DNA of 64,000 nucleotides from a virus (Duplodnaviria; Caudoviricetes): IMG/VR virus record IMGVR_UViG_2551306637_000004, positions 1 to 64,000 of that record; one strand, 5' to 3'. Shown piece by piece: positions 54,161 to 62,521 of this stretch (position 1 is its first letter; each line of letters starts with the position of its first letter). The notes under the pieces were generated by a model. It saw only the letters and a program-made list of their open reading frames with translations, ran no database searches and was not told where the DNA came from. The position numbers and the translations under genes were made by a program.

Positions 54161-55063
54161 ATGGCCACTCAAAAGTATGAGGAGAAGCGGTTCAAACCGT
54201 CTACCCTCGAACTGATCGGAATCATCAACGACATCGTTCGCGAATATCAGAACCAAGGGTACGTCTTGACCACGCGTCAGCTGTATTACCAGCTCGTCGC
54301 TCGCGACATCATTCCCAACAATTTGCAGGAGTACAAGCGCGCGGCGTCGATCATCAACGACGGAAAGCTTGCGGGCCTGATCGACTGGGACATGCTCGAA
54401 GATCGAACGCGTGCGTTCATCCGCCGTTCGCGCTGGACGTCCCCGACATCGATCATCGACGCGTGCGCGGACCAGTACCATCAGGACCTCTGGATCGGTC
54501 AATCTCGCCGTGTGTTCGTCATCGTCGAGAAAGAAGCGCTCGTCGGGGTGCTCGAACGTGTGTGCCATCGTTACGATACCCCGCTGCTCGCCGCGCGTGG
54601 CTACCCGTCGTCGACGGTGTTGCGCGAGTTCGCGCTGAGCGACATCATCCCCAGCATGCGTGAAGGCCAACGCGGTCTCATTCTGCATCTTGGCGATCAC
54701 GACCCGAGCGGGATCGATATGACGCGCGATCTGGTCGAGCGGCTCCGGATGTTCGGAGGGCACTCATTCGAGCTGAAGCGCATCGCGCTCAACATGGCTC
54801 AAGTCGAGGAACTGAACCCGCCCGAGAATCCGGCGAAGTCCACGGACGCCCGGTTCAAGACGTATCTTGACCAGTACGGAGAATCCAGTTGGGAGCTTGA
54901 TGCTTTGCCGCCGCAGTATCTCGACCAGCTCGTGTCGTCGCATATCGACGCTGTTATCGATCAGGGTGCGTGGAGCGTGAACAAACAGATCATCAGCGAG
55001 GCGAAGCAGATGATCGGCAAGGCGTCGACGTACATCGCTGACGGTTGCCCCGACTATGAGTGA
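54161..55063 (+). CDS. Spo11/topoisomerase VI-A-like (JetD-related) WHD-TOPRIM protein
   Basis: TTRQLYY (5Y-CAP-like Tyr), VEKEAL, ARGYPS, LGDHDPSG, ELDAL. Confidence 0.75.
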   Translation: MATQKYEEKRFKPSTLELIGIINDIVREYQNQGYVLTTRQLYYQLVARDIIPNNLQEYKRAASIINDGKLAGLIDWDMLEDRTRAFIRRSRWTSPTSIIDACADQYHQDLWIGQSRRVFVIVEKEALVGVLERVCHRYDTPLLAARGYPSSTVLREFALSDIIPSMREGQRGLILHLGDHDPSGIDMTRDLVERLRMFGGHSFELKRIALNMAQVEELNPPENPAKSTDARFKTYLDQYGESSWELDALPPQYLDQLVSSHIDAVIDQGAWSVNKQIISEAKQMIGKASTYIADGCPDYE

Positions 55064-55658
55064 GGCCGTCGACAGTAAGGCCGATCTGGCGGCACTGGTC
55101 GCACGTATCAAGGACCGCATCGACAACTTCGGCCAACTCGATATCTGCTGGCCGTGGAAGGGAGCCAAAACGAAAGCTGGTCCGCGCTTGAAGATGGTAC
55201 GAACAAGCGATATGGTTCCTTTCTACCAGCCCACGGTCGTGACGTCGTATGGGCTTGTGAAGGTCGGCAGGGGAAAGCGAAAGGTAGTGCATAAGATCGT
55301 CTACGAGTGGGCGACCCCCGACGTTGCAAAATCCGACCGCTACAGGCTCGTGAACGAATGCGGTAACACGCTGTGTTGCAACTACACACACTGGCGTTTC
55401 ATCGACAACGGCCCACCGGCGCAAGTGTCCGGGGAAGGGGGCAATCCCGTGGACGCGATGGCCGTGCTGAAGGAAGCATGCGTCGAGTTGCTGGAGAACA
55501 TGCTCGCGGTGACGCAGCCGCGTTCCTTTGTGGACGTTGTGAATCACCCGTACATGGTCGATTTCCAACCCGAGCTGATAAAGGAGGTACTACGTGACAT
55601 CGGAAAAGGGCACCTTGTTGAATCCGCCGCAGGTGATACAGGTCCACCACCTGGATAA
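55056..55658 (+). CDS. Degenerate HNH (His-Me finger) protein
   Basis: CWPWKGA, YG.V, VHKIVYEW, LVNECGNTLCCNYTHW. Confidence 0.55.
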   Translation: MSEAVDSKADLAALVARIKDRIDNFGQLDICWPWKGAKTKAGPRLKMVRTSDMVPFYQPTVVTSYGLVKVGRGKRKVVHKIVYEWATPDVAKSDRYRLVNECGNTLCCNYTHWRFIDNGPPAQVSGEGGNPVDAMAVLKEACVELLENMLAVTQPRSFVDVVNHPYMVDFQPELIKEVLRDIGKGHLVESAAGDTGPPPG

Positions 55659-55662
55659 CCAC

Positions 55663-55809
55663 ATGGAGCCGAAGTATTTCACCCACGACCATGTGCTCGC
55701 CGCGTGGGTGAGGACCATGCGGACGTTGGAAAAGCTCCAGGTCATCAAGACCTTCTTTGTCCTCCCGGTTGGCTACATCCCGGAAGGCGCGAAGGTCGAG
55801 ATGCGGTAG
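55663..55809 (+). CDS. Small hypothetical protein
   Basis: 48 aa, coupled to the next gene. Confidence 0.4.
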   Translation: MEPKYFTHDHVLAAWVRTMRTLEKLQVIKTFFVLPVGYIPEGAKVEMR

Positions 55810-56109
55810 ATGGAAGTCCTCGTCTACCGCGCCGAGAGCGGCAAGATGCGAGACGTCGTTGACGTCGCGCTGGTTGTGCTCCTGAAGGTCGACATTAATG
55901 CATTCGTCGACCTGAAGGAGAAGTACCTGCCTCACGGGTTGAAGCAAGCGATACGCATGCACGACCACCCGTTTTGGCAAGATGAAGGATTGAGGATGTG
56001 GGAGGAGATAAAAGCCCTTGTCAATGCCCGTCTCGATCCCGGATACTGGTTCGGGCAATCGATGGAGACGCCCGCTGTAGTTGGAATCTTCCGTACGGAA
56101 TCAGAATGA
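55810..56109 (+). CDS. Hypothetical protein
   Basis: 99 aa; PGYWFG. Confidence 0.55.
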   Translation: MEVLVYRAESGKMRDVVDVALVVLLKVDINAFVDLKEKYLPHGLKQAIRMHDHPFWQDEGLRMWEEIKALVNARLDPGYWFGQSMETPAVVGIFRTESE

Positions 56110-56375
56110 ATATCACCACCACCACTGAGGCAAGACCTCACCCCCTGGCCGATGTACCCAAAGCTGTCGACGCACTGGTCAAGACCGGCGAAGCACTCCG
56201 CAAGTTCTCAAACGTGAAGGTCGCCGACGACCAAGGCACCGAGTCCCCGATTTCACGTGATACGTGGTACTCGGCCGTCGCGAACACGATCAACTCTGGC
56301 CAGCTGGACAAGAAGCAGGTCGCGCGCCTGAAGCGCCTGCGCGATGAACTCCGACGCACGAAGGTGAAGGCATGA
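56106..56375 (+). CDS. Hypothetical protein
   Basis: ATGA-coupled, starts MNITTTTE. Confidence 0.6.
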   Translation: MNITTTTEARPHPLADVPKAVDALVKTGEALRKFSNVKVADDQGTESPISRDTWYSAVANTINSGQLDKKQVARLKRLRDELRRTKVKA

Positions 56376-56581
56376 GTCAATCACCACTGGCTCGCAACCT
56401 TGCGATCGTCGCCGCCGCACACGAAGCCGCGGAGAATGACCGGATGCGCCGGGAATTCGAGCAGCACGAATGGCTCGAAGGCCTGTCGCTGGAACGTGAC
56501 CCGAAGGACGACGGGTACACCAACTCGGAAGTTCACCGTTACTGGACCTTCTGGCGTGACGGTTGGAGGGCAGCGGCGTGA
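56372..56581 (+). CDS. Hypothetical protein
   Basis: REFEQHEW..LSLERD..GYTNSEV..YW.FW.DGW. Confidence 0.6.
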   Translation: MSQSPLARNLAIVAAAHEAAENDRMRREFEQHEWLEGLSLERDPKDDGYTNSEVHRYWTFWRDGWRAAA

Positions 56582-56841
56582 TGATTCCCGTCAAGACCGC
56601 GCGTACGACCCACGACCTCGGCCGGCCAGTCGGCTGGAATGACGACCGCGACGGTAAGTGCAAGTCTCTACCCGTCGTGCGCGACAACGAGCAGAACGTC
56701 TGGATGTCGTACTGGCAACCGAGCCAGGAGGACATCGAGAAGCTGCGTAACGGTGCAACGATCAAGCTGACGGTTTTTGGCATCGGACAACCACCTGTTG
56801 CGATCGAAGTGCCGGAAGAGATCGTGTTGTACGCAGGATAA
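56581..56841 (+). CDS. Hypothetical phage protein
   Basis: LGRPVGW..CKSLPV..SYWQPSQEDIEKL.NGA.I.L...GQPPV. Confidence 0.65.
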   Translation: MIPVKTARTTHDLGRPVGWNDDRDGKCKSLPVVRDNEQNVWMSYWQPSQEDIEKLRNGATIKLTVFGIGQPPVAIEVPEEIVLYAG

Positions 56842-56848
56842 GCAGTAA

Positions 56849-56892
56849 AGCCTCACGGTAAGCGACCCACCACCACGCTTCCCGTAAAGGCT
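56849..56892 (+). promoter_or_regulatory. Long hairpin with CCACCAC loop
   Basis: AGCCU-C-ACGG-U-AAGCG[ACCCACCACCA]CGCUU-C-CCGU-AA-AGGCU. Confidence 0.55.
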
Positions 56893-56955
56893 CACCGTAG
56901 TAGCGGGTGTCACCACCACCTGAACAGCAACCTTCAATCTATAAGAGATCGAAAC

Positions 56956-57183
56956 ATGAAATCTGGCTACACGTCTGTGACCTCGTCGCAGATCTCCGCA
57001 TTCGCATATAACGAACAAGATCAGCGGCTCAACATCGTCTTCGTCAAGAACGGCGACGAGTACCAGTACAGCAACGTGCCGAAGGAAGTCGTCGACCAGC
57101 TGGTCGTGGCCGAATCGTTTGGCGCGGCCTTCAGCAGCCTCATCAAGAAGCACCCGACTCGTTTCCCCTACATGAAAGTCTGA
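56956..57183 (+). CDS. KTSC domain protein
   Basis: VTSSQISAFAYN....LNIVF..G.EYQYSNVP..V...LV.AES.G..F...IK. Confidence 0.85.
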   Translation: MKSGYTSVTSSQISAFAYNEQDQRLNIVFVKNGDEYQYSNVPKEVVDQLVVAESFGAAFSSLIKKHPTRFPYMKV

Positions 57184-57191
57184 GCCTTGCG

Positions 57192-57596
57192 ATGACGAAG
57201 GAGGAACGCGATCAACAGATCGCGGATCTCTACGTCGACGGCAAGTCAGCCTCGGCTCTCGCTCGTGATTTCGCTCTGTCGATTCCGTCGATCAGGGCGA
57301 TCATCGCAGCCAAGGGGGTCAAGGCGTCTCAGCGGAAGAAGGTAGAGAACGCTGAACAACAGGGACAACCTGTGAGGCGTACGCTTGGCCGCACTCATGA
57401 GCGGCTTGGCGAAACGCTTGCGTTCAGCAGAGCGATCGAACTCAAACACACCCGAAAGGAAGCTTCCGAACGGCTCGGTTGGACCGTTCATAAGGTCGCG
57501 GCCGTCGAGACTGGACGTTACGAAGTGACGCTCACGGATCTCATGGACCTTTCGGGGTACACGAAGAAGCACGTCGGCGAATTGATACGGCTATGA
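57192..57596 (+). CDS. Helix-turn-helix DNA-binding protein
   Basis: N-terminal HTH-like segment and C-terminal XRE-like segment (ASERLGW..KVAAVETGR). Confidence 0.65.
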   Translation: MTKEERDQQIADLYVDGKSASALARDFALSIPSIRAIIAAKGVKASQRKKVENAEQQGQPVRRTLGRTHERLGETLAFSRAIELKHTRKEASERLGWTVHKVAAVETGRYEVTLTDLMDLSGYTKKHVGELIRL

Positions 57597-58321
57597 AGGA
57601 CCAATACAACGAGGAAGCAGACCACAAGATCGAAGTACGGACGTACGGAATCCACTGGAACGCTGAAGGCGTTGCGTACCTGCATCAAGGTCGCAACGCA
57701 TCGAACTTCCTGTCGCTCAAGGCACCATCCCCGTATGCGGTGGTGCCGGCGCGCAGGCTTGCATGCAACCACCTTTTCCCAGTGAGCGCGGCGGTCCCGG
57801 ACCCGACACACTGGAAGCAATTCCAGGCTCTGGCTCGGGACCCGCTGGTCAGAGTCATGCTGCCAATCCCGAAGGGGGACGGTGAGGCTGGGGTGTTCGT
57901 GATGGAGGACACGAACGACGAGATGACGCTCACGCTGCTCACGCTCTCGCGCATGAGTAGCCCCATCCAGCCGATTGTGCGGCCGATTTGGCACTTCTCG
58001 CCGAACGATATCAGTGCAGAGCTGGAGCGAACCAACGTCCAGCCGCTGGTGTTGACGCAGGCCAACCCGAAGTACCAGAAGGTCGTCGACGCGATCATCG
58101 ATCAGTCGGTGTACATGCCGCGTCGCGTGATTATCACCGGCACGTATGACGTCGTCGCGCGCAAGCCGGCCCAGCGGCTCAAGACGGGCCTGCTGGCTGG
58201 CGAGGAGGGGCTGATTGTGTCTCTTCCCCTCGAAAGCCTTGGCGTGGCTGTATTGCGGCGCTATGCGCGTCGCGAGGACATGCTTTCCGATCTGCCGACC
58301 GCCCGAGGGAGGGGAGCATGA
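57593..58321 (+). CDS. Hypothetical protein
   Basis: 242 aa, ATGA-coupled. Confidence 0.7.
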   Translation: MKDQYNEEADHKIEVRTYGIHWNAEGVAYLHQGRNASNFLSLKAPSPYAVVPARRLACNHLFPVSAAVPDPTHWKQFQALARDPLVRVMLPIPKGDGEAGVFVMEDTNDEMTLTLLTLSRMSSPIQPIVRPIWHFSPNDISAELERTNVQPLVLTQANPKYQKVVDAIIDQSVYMPRRVIITGTYDVVARKPAQRLKTGLLAGEEGLIVSLPLESLGVAVLRRYARREDMLSDLPTARGRGA

Positions 58322-58668
58322 GCACCGCAGTCGAACTCCGCACGCATATCGAGCGCCGGACACATATCGACGTCACGTTCCGCTGGCGCGACCGGCACGG
58401 CGATAGGCACGATCCGGCAAAGATGGAGACCCGTCACGTGTTCAACACGCTGAAGATGATCTGGAACAACACGGTGCCGTCGTATTACCGGGTTGGGCAC
58501 AACGTTCGTCTCTACAGCTTCGGCCCGTCGTATACGCGGGAGTACATGATCAAGGCCGTTTATCACCTCGGCCACGAACTGTCCAAGCGCGTGTTGACGA
58601 GCGAGCAGTTGCGCCTTCTGCATCAGATGCACAGCTACTTCACGAACGTGTCGGGGTTGCTGACCTGA
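58318..58668 (+). CDS. Hypothetical protein
   Basis: 116 aa; METRHVFNTLKMIWN. Confidence 0.65.
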   Translation: MSTAVELRTHIERRTHIDVTFRWRDRHGDRHDPAKMETRHVFNTLKMIWNNTVPSYYRVGHNVRLYSFGPSYTREYMIKAVYHLGHELSKRVLTSEQLRLLHQMHSYFTNVSGLLT

Positions 58669-58871
58669 TCCGTTACGTGCCCGTCTGCTGAAGAACGATA
58701 TGGCCGCGCTTCCCGATGTTGATGAGCTTGTTGCGCCGGCCGCAGTGTGGGCAGAACACGAAGATGCCGAACGAGTCGATTCCGACTTTTTCGGCATCGA
58801 ACGGGAATTCAAGGTGGCACTTGATGCAGAGCCAATTCATGACGACCTCCTATTCGGAGCGAAGAATCGAA

Positions 58872-59171
58872 ATGAACGATAGGACAACCCCCGAGGAAAG
58901 CAAGGTCGGGGAAACGAATCTCGCGAATGCCGGAAAGACATGGCATCGCGACGAATACGACGGTCTGCGGAAGCGATTTGATCAAGGCATGACTATCGCG
59001 CAGCTCGCTAAAGCACACGGTCGGACAACCGGCGCAATCCTAGCGAAGCTTCTTGCGATGCGGTTGCTTGTCGAAACTCAACGAGGCTTCTACCACAAAG
59101 TTGATCCTGACCCGTGGTGCAACCATCACGATGTACGTCAGACGGAGGTTTTGAATGCCGGCACGAATTGA
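58872..59171 (+). CDS. Small HTH protein
   Basis: NAGKTW...L...F.QGMTIAQLAKAHGRTTGAI. Confidence 0.65.
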   Translation: MNDRTTPEESKVGETNLANAGKTWHRDEYDGLRKRFDQGMTIAQLAKAHGRTTGAILAKLLAMRLLVETQRGFYHKVDPDPWCNHHDVRQTEVLNAGTN

Positions 59172-60606
59172 GAAGAAAGTGCCGCGCGAGCACCAGATCG
59201 CGGATCTCGCTTTCTACATCATGACGCCGCGCTGCATGAACCTATCGGACCCGGCGACGCAGAAGACTGGATCGGCCTGCATGTACACGCAGTACCTGTG
59301 GGACGAACTGGGATTCAAGTCGTATTTCGTCATGCCGATGTCGCTACTGCGGAAGAACAAGGACGAGCTGCTGGAATTCACGAACTTCCATCCTCGTGAG
59401 ATCCAGATCATCGATGGCGAGGCGAAACGGCGAGAGCGTCAGATGCGCAACGAAGACGCGAAAGTGTTCATCATGGGGTTCCAGCGCTTCTCCGACGACT
59501 GGCAACGGATGAAGCAATGGCACCCCCAGTTGAACGCCGCGATCTTCGACGAGTGGCACCTTGGCTACTCGGGCCACGACTCGGGACGAACGCAAAACAT
59601 GTACATCGCGATGCGCAGCATCGAGCGCTTCATGGCCATGACGGGCACGATCATCAAGGGCACGCTCGCGAGCGCGTACCCCGCGCTACAGGTGATCGAG
59701 CCGCGCTTCTACGGCACGTACGGTGCATTCCTGGCCCAACACCGACTTCAGGACGAGTATGGCACGACGATCGGATGGCACAACCATCAGAGACTTGGCC
59801 AGATCCTTCAGCACGTGGCCGTGCGCCACACCTTCGAAGAGGTTCACGGCCCCGAAGCGAAGGTCATCGTCACCGAGCTGTGCGACATGTCGCCGAAGCA
59901 GCGCAAGGCGTACGAGGAGATGGAGGAAATTGCGCTCGTTGAGCTGGAAGACGAGTTCCTTGAAGGCCAGTCGCCCGCCGTCAATGCGATGCGTTGCCGG
60001 CAGATCATGGCGCACCCCGAGACCTTTGGGCTGGCCAAGGGTGAGACGACCGGCAAGGACGAGCGCTTGAAGATCCACTTTGCGGACGCGGTTGTGTCCG
60101 GGGAACCGATCGCGGTGTTCGCCGCGCTCGTGCCCGAGCAAGAACGCATCGTCGCCATTGCGAAGTCGATGGGCCTGCGCACTGCGTTGATCAACGGCCA
60201 CGTGTCATCGACGCAGCGGGCACGCATCGACGAGGCGTTTCGCCGCGGCGATCTCGACTGCGTGGTTGCATCGCCGGATACGGCCGGTGTCGGCTTCAAC
60301 TGGCACCACCTTGAAACGATGGTCTTCACTTCACTGAACTACATGGACGACTCATTCGTGCAGGCTTATCGCCGGGGCATCCGTGGCAAGCGCGCGCGAC
60401 CGCTGCGGATCTACGTGCTGGAGTATCGCGACTCCATCGACCAGCGGATCATGCAGATCATCGAGAACAAGTCGCGTGATGCAAACCTCGTCGACCCGAC
60501 GAAGGAGGTCTTCAGGTTGTCGGAACAGCGCCGGCAGCAGGAAGAGGAAATGTTCGATTCAACCAAGGCTACTGATCGGAAGATCTCGATGGCCGAATTC
60601 GCGTAA
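59155..60606 (+). CDS. SF2 (SNF2-like) DExH helicase
   Basis: DPATQKT, IFDEWH, MTGT, AGVGFN, QAYRRGIR. Confidence 0.85.
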   Translation: MPARIEKKVPREHQIADLAFYIMTPRCMNLSDPATQKTGSACMYTQYLWDELGFKSYFVMPMSLLRKNKDELLEFTNFHPREIQIIDGEAKRRERQMRNEDAKVFIMGFQRFSDDWQRMKQWHPQLNAAIFDEWHLGYSGHDSGRTQNMYIAMRSIERFMAMTGTIIKGTLASAYPALQVIEPRFYGTYGAFLAQHRLQDEYGTTIGWHNHQRLGQILQHVAVRHTFEEVHGPEAKVIVTELCDMSPKQRKAYEEMEEIALVELEDEFLEGQSPAVNAMRCRQIMAHPETFGLAKGETTGKDERLKIHFADAVVSGEPIAVFAALVPEQERIVAIAKSMGLRTALINGHVSSTQRARIDEAFRRGDLDCVVASPDTAGVGFNWHHLETMVFTSLNYMDDSFVQAYRRGIRGKRARPLRIYVLEYRDSIDQRIMQIIENKSRDANLVDPTKEVFRLSEQRRQQEEEMFDSTKATDRKISMAEFA

Positions 60607-60616
60607 GGAGGGCGCG

Positions 60617-60698
60617 ATCTATCGTATAGAGCAGCATTGTGTAGTTAGTAGCACGAAGGTACGATCTTATTCCTCGACGTGTCCACCACCACGGCGAG
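60617..60698 (+). promoter_or_regulatory. CTAT-N3-ATAG palindrome plus CCACCAC-loop hairpin
   Basis: TCTATCGTATAGA at 60618; CUCG-A-CGUG[UCCACCAC]CACG-G-CGAG at 60673-60698. Confidence 0.5.
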
Positions 60699-60749
60699 AG
60701 AGCAGAAGCAGAAACAGACGCATAAACAGCTAACATTTGAAGGAAATTT

Positions 60750-61463
60750 ATGGACCCGATCCAAGCAGCAATGCAGCGCGCGAAGGATGCAGCGGCAGGC
60801 GCCATCGCGAATGCAGCAGCAGGTGCAGCAGCAGCGCCGACGACCGGCACGGCGGTCGCCGCAGTCGGTGCGGCCGGCGGTGCTGTCGCAGTTCCCGGCC
60901 AGAAGCTCTCGATGGAGCAACTGATGTCGGCGGGCATGGCGGTCGACCTCTGGATCAAGCCGAAGGAATTCGGTCTCCAGGTCGGCGCAAGCGCAAAGCT
61001 CGTGCAGTCGTTCGAGGCGGTTATCGATATGACGGAAGGCACTGGCTTCATGGTCAAGATGTCGATCAAGGCCGGCAACCCGGCGCAATACTGGTCGACG
61101 TACGACGGCGTCACGAGCGACAAGGGCATCCCCTGGTCTGAAGCACAGGCCAAGGCCATCGCTCTGGACGCGAAGGCCCGCGCATACCGCAGCGCCGACG
61201 TGCCGATGATCCTGACGTCCGACATCGTCTCCGCAGACGGTGAAGTTCTGGCCAAGGCTGGTCAGCGCGTCGGCTACGCGACGTCGACGACCAACTGGCG
61301 CGCGTGGCAGGACTTCTACCAGAAGGTCATGGAAGCGAACGCTGGTGGCCAGCGCGTGGACGTGAAGGTTGGCTTCCTCCGGATGACCAACAAGAACAAC
61401 AACGCGTGGGGCATCATGACCTGGGAATACCAGGGCATCGAAGCGGAAGCCGAGCCGGCGTAA
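60750..61463 (+). CDS. Putative single-stranded DNA-binding/recombination protein
   Basis: AAGGA RBS; between the helicase and exonuclease genes; acidic tail; followed by a terminator. Confidence 0.45.
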   Translation: MDPIQAAMQRAKDAAAGAIANAAAGAAAAPTTGTAVAAVGAAGGAVAVPGQKLSMEQLMSAGMAVDLWIKPKEFGLQVGASAKLVQSFEAVIDMTEGTGFMVKMSIKAGNPAQYWSTYDGVTSDKGIPWSEAQAKAIALDAKARAYRSADVPMILTSDIVSADGEVLAKAGQRVGYATSTTNWRAWQDFYQKVMEANAGGQRVDVKVGFLRMTNKNNNAWGIMTWEYQGIEAEAEPA

Positions 61464-61479
61464 GCCACAAGCTGTACGG

Positions 61480-61511
61480 AAAGCCGCGAGTCAAAAGCTC
61501 GCGGCTTTTTT
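61480..61511 (+). terminator. Intrinsic terminator
   Basis: AAAGCCGCGAG/CTCGCGGCTTTTTT. Confidence 0.8.
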
Positions 61512-61530
61512 CATGTCCTGCGAGGTCATC

Positions 61531-62307
61531 ATGGGTTTGCATTTCATCGACGGAAACAACCGTTTCCGCACCATCTTCGAAACCAGCGGCTCGATTCGCA
61601 ACGTGCTGGTCGACATGAAGATGCTGCCGATGTTCGACACCATCATTTGGGTTTGGGATGGACACGGCGCGAAGGACCGACGCCGCGCGCTCTACCCCGG
61701 ATACAAGGTCGGCCGGCAAAGCGCCGTAGACGAGTTCTACAAGACGATGGACCTGTTCAAGCAGGTGCTGCGCTTCACGCGCTGCATGTCGCTTGAGATC
61801 CCCGCATGGGAAGCAGACGACGTTATCGCCACACTGCATCGTCTCTACAAGGACCAGACCGACTCGATCACCATCCACTCGACTGACGGCGACTACCTCG
61901 CGCTGTGCGACGGCAAGCACACGAAGCTCGAAGGACGCGACAAGGTCGAGTACGACAACACCGACTTCACCGAAGTGCGCCTGTACAAGACGCTCGTCGG
62001 TGACAAGTCCGACAAGATCACCGGCATCCCCGGTTTCGGCGACGCGGCGTGGGAGCACTGCGACCGCGAACGCTGGATGCAGTTCTTCACCGAGGGCTAC
62101 GTGCCCTGCTGGGATAGTGAAGCCGGCTCCTTCAACCTCGGCAAGAAGCCCCTGGCGTGGGTGAAGGAAAACGAAGCAGCACTGAAAGGCATGTGGGAAA
62201 TCACGGGCTTCTACGAAGTTGACCCGGACCTGATCGCAAAGCATCTGGTTGTCGGCCAGCACGACGACAAAGCAATCAACCACATCCTCTCAGATTTCAT
62301 GATGTGA
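61531..62307 (+). CDS. 5'-3' exonuclease (FEN/T5-exo family)
   Basis: IDGNN, VWDG, RRALYPGYK, EADDVIAT, STDGD, LVGDKSDKITGIPGFG. Confidence 0.9.
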   Translation: MGLHFIDGNNRFRTIFETSGSIRNVLVDMKMLPMFDTIIWVWDGHGAKDRRRALYPGYKVGRQSAVDEFYKTMDLFKQVLRFTRCMSLEIPAWEADDVIATLHRLYKDQTDSITIHSTDGDYLALCDGKHTKLEGRDKVEYDNTDFTEVRLYKTLVGDKSDKITGIPGFGDAAWEHCDRERWMQFFTEGYVPCWDSEAGSFNLGKKPLAWVKENEAALKGMWEITGFYEVDPDLIAKHLVVGQHDDKAINHILSDFMM

Positions 62308-62329
62308 CCACCACCACAAGGATCAAAAC

Positions 62330-62518
62330 ATGGCCTCTGCTGAACGTATTCAGCTACTCGTCATTCAGGACGAGATTTCGAAGCTCCCCGAAGACGATCG
62401 CACGAAGATCGACGGCATCGCCGCCCAGTTCCGGGCGATGCTCGATGCGGAACCGACTCACGCGATGATGGCGCTTGCGCTGGTCGGCGCTGAAGCCGCC
62501 GACAAAGTGGCGGGGTAA
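62330..62518 (+). CDS. Small hypothetical protein
   Basis: CCACCACCAC + GGATCAAAAC leader; 62 aa. Confidence 0.65.
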   Translation: MASAERIQLLVIQDEISKLPEDDRTKIDGIAAQFRAMLDAEPTHAMMALALVGAEAADKVAG

Positions 62519-62521
62519 GCG

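Noticed and set aside
196-62320. CCACCAC as Chi sites or Kozak sequences
   Set aside because: It differs from GCTGGTGG and follows transcription direction on both arms rather than one replication polarity; Kozak context is irrelevant in a bacterial host.
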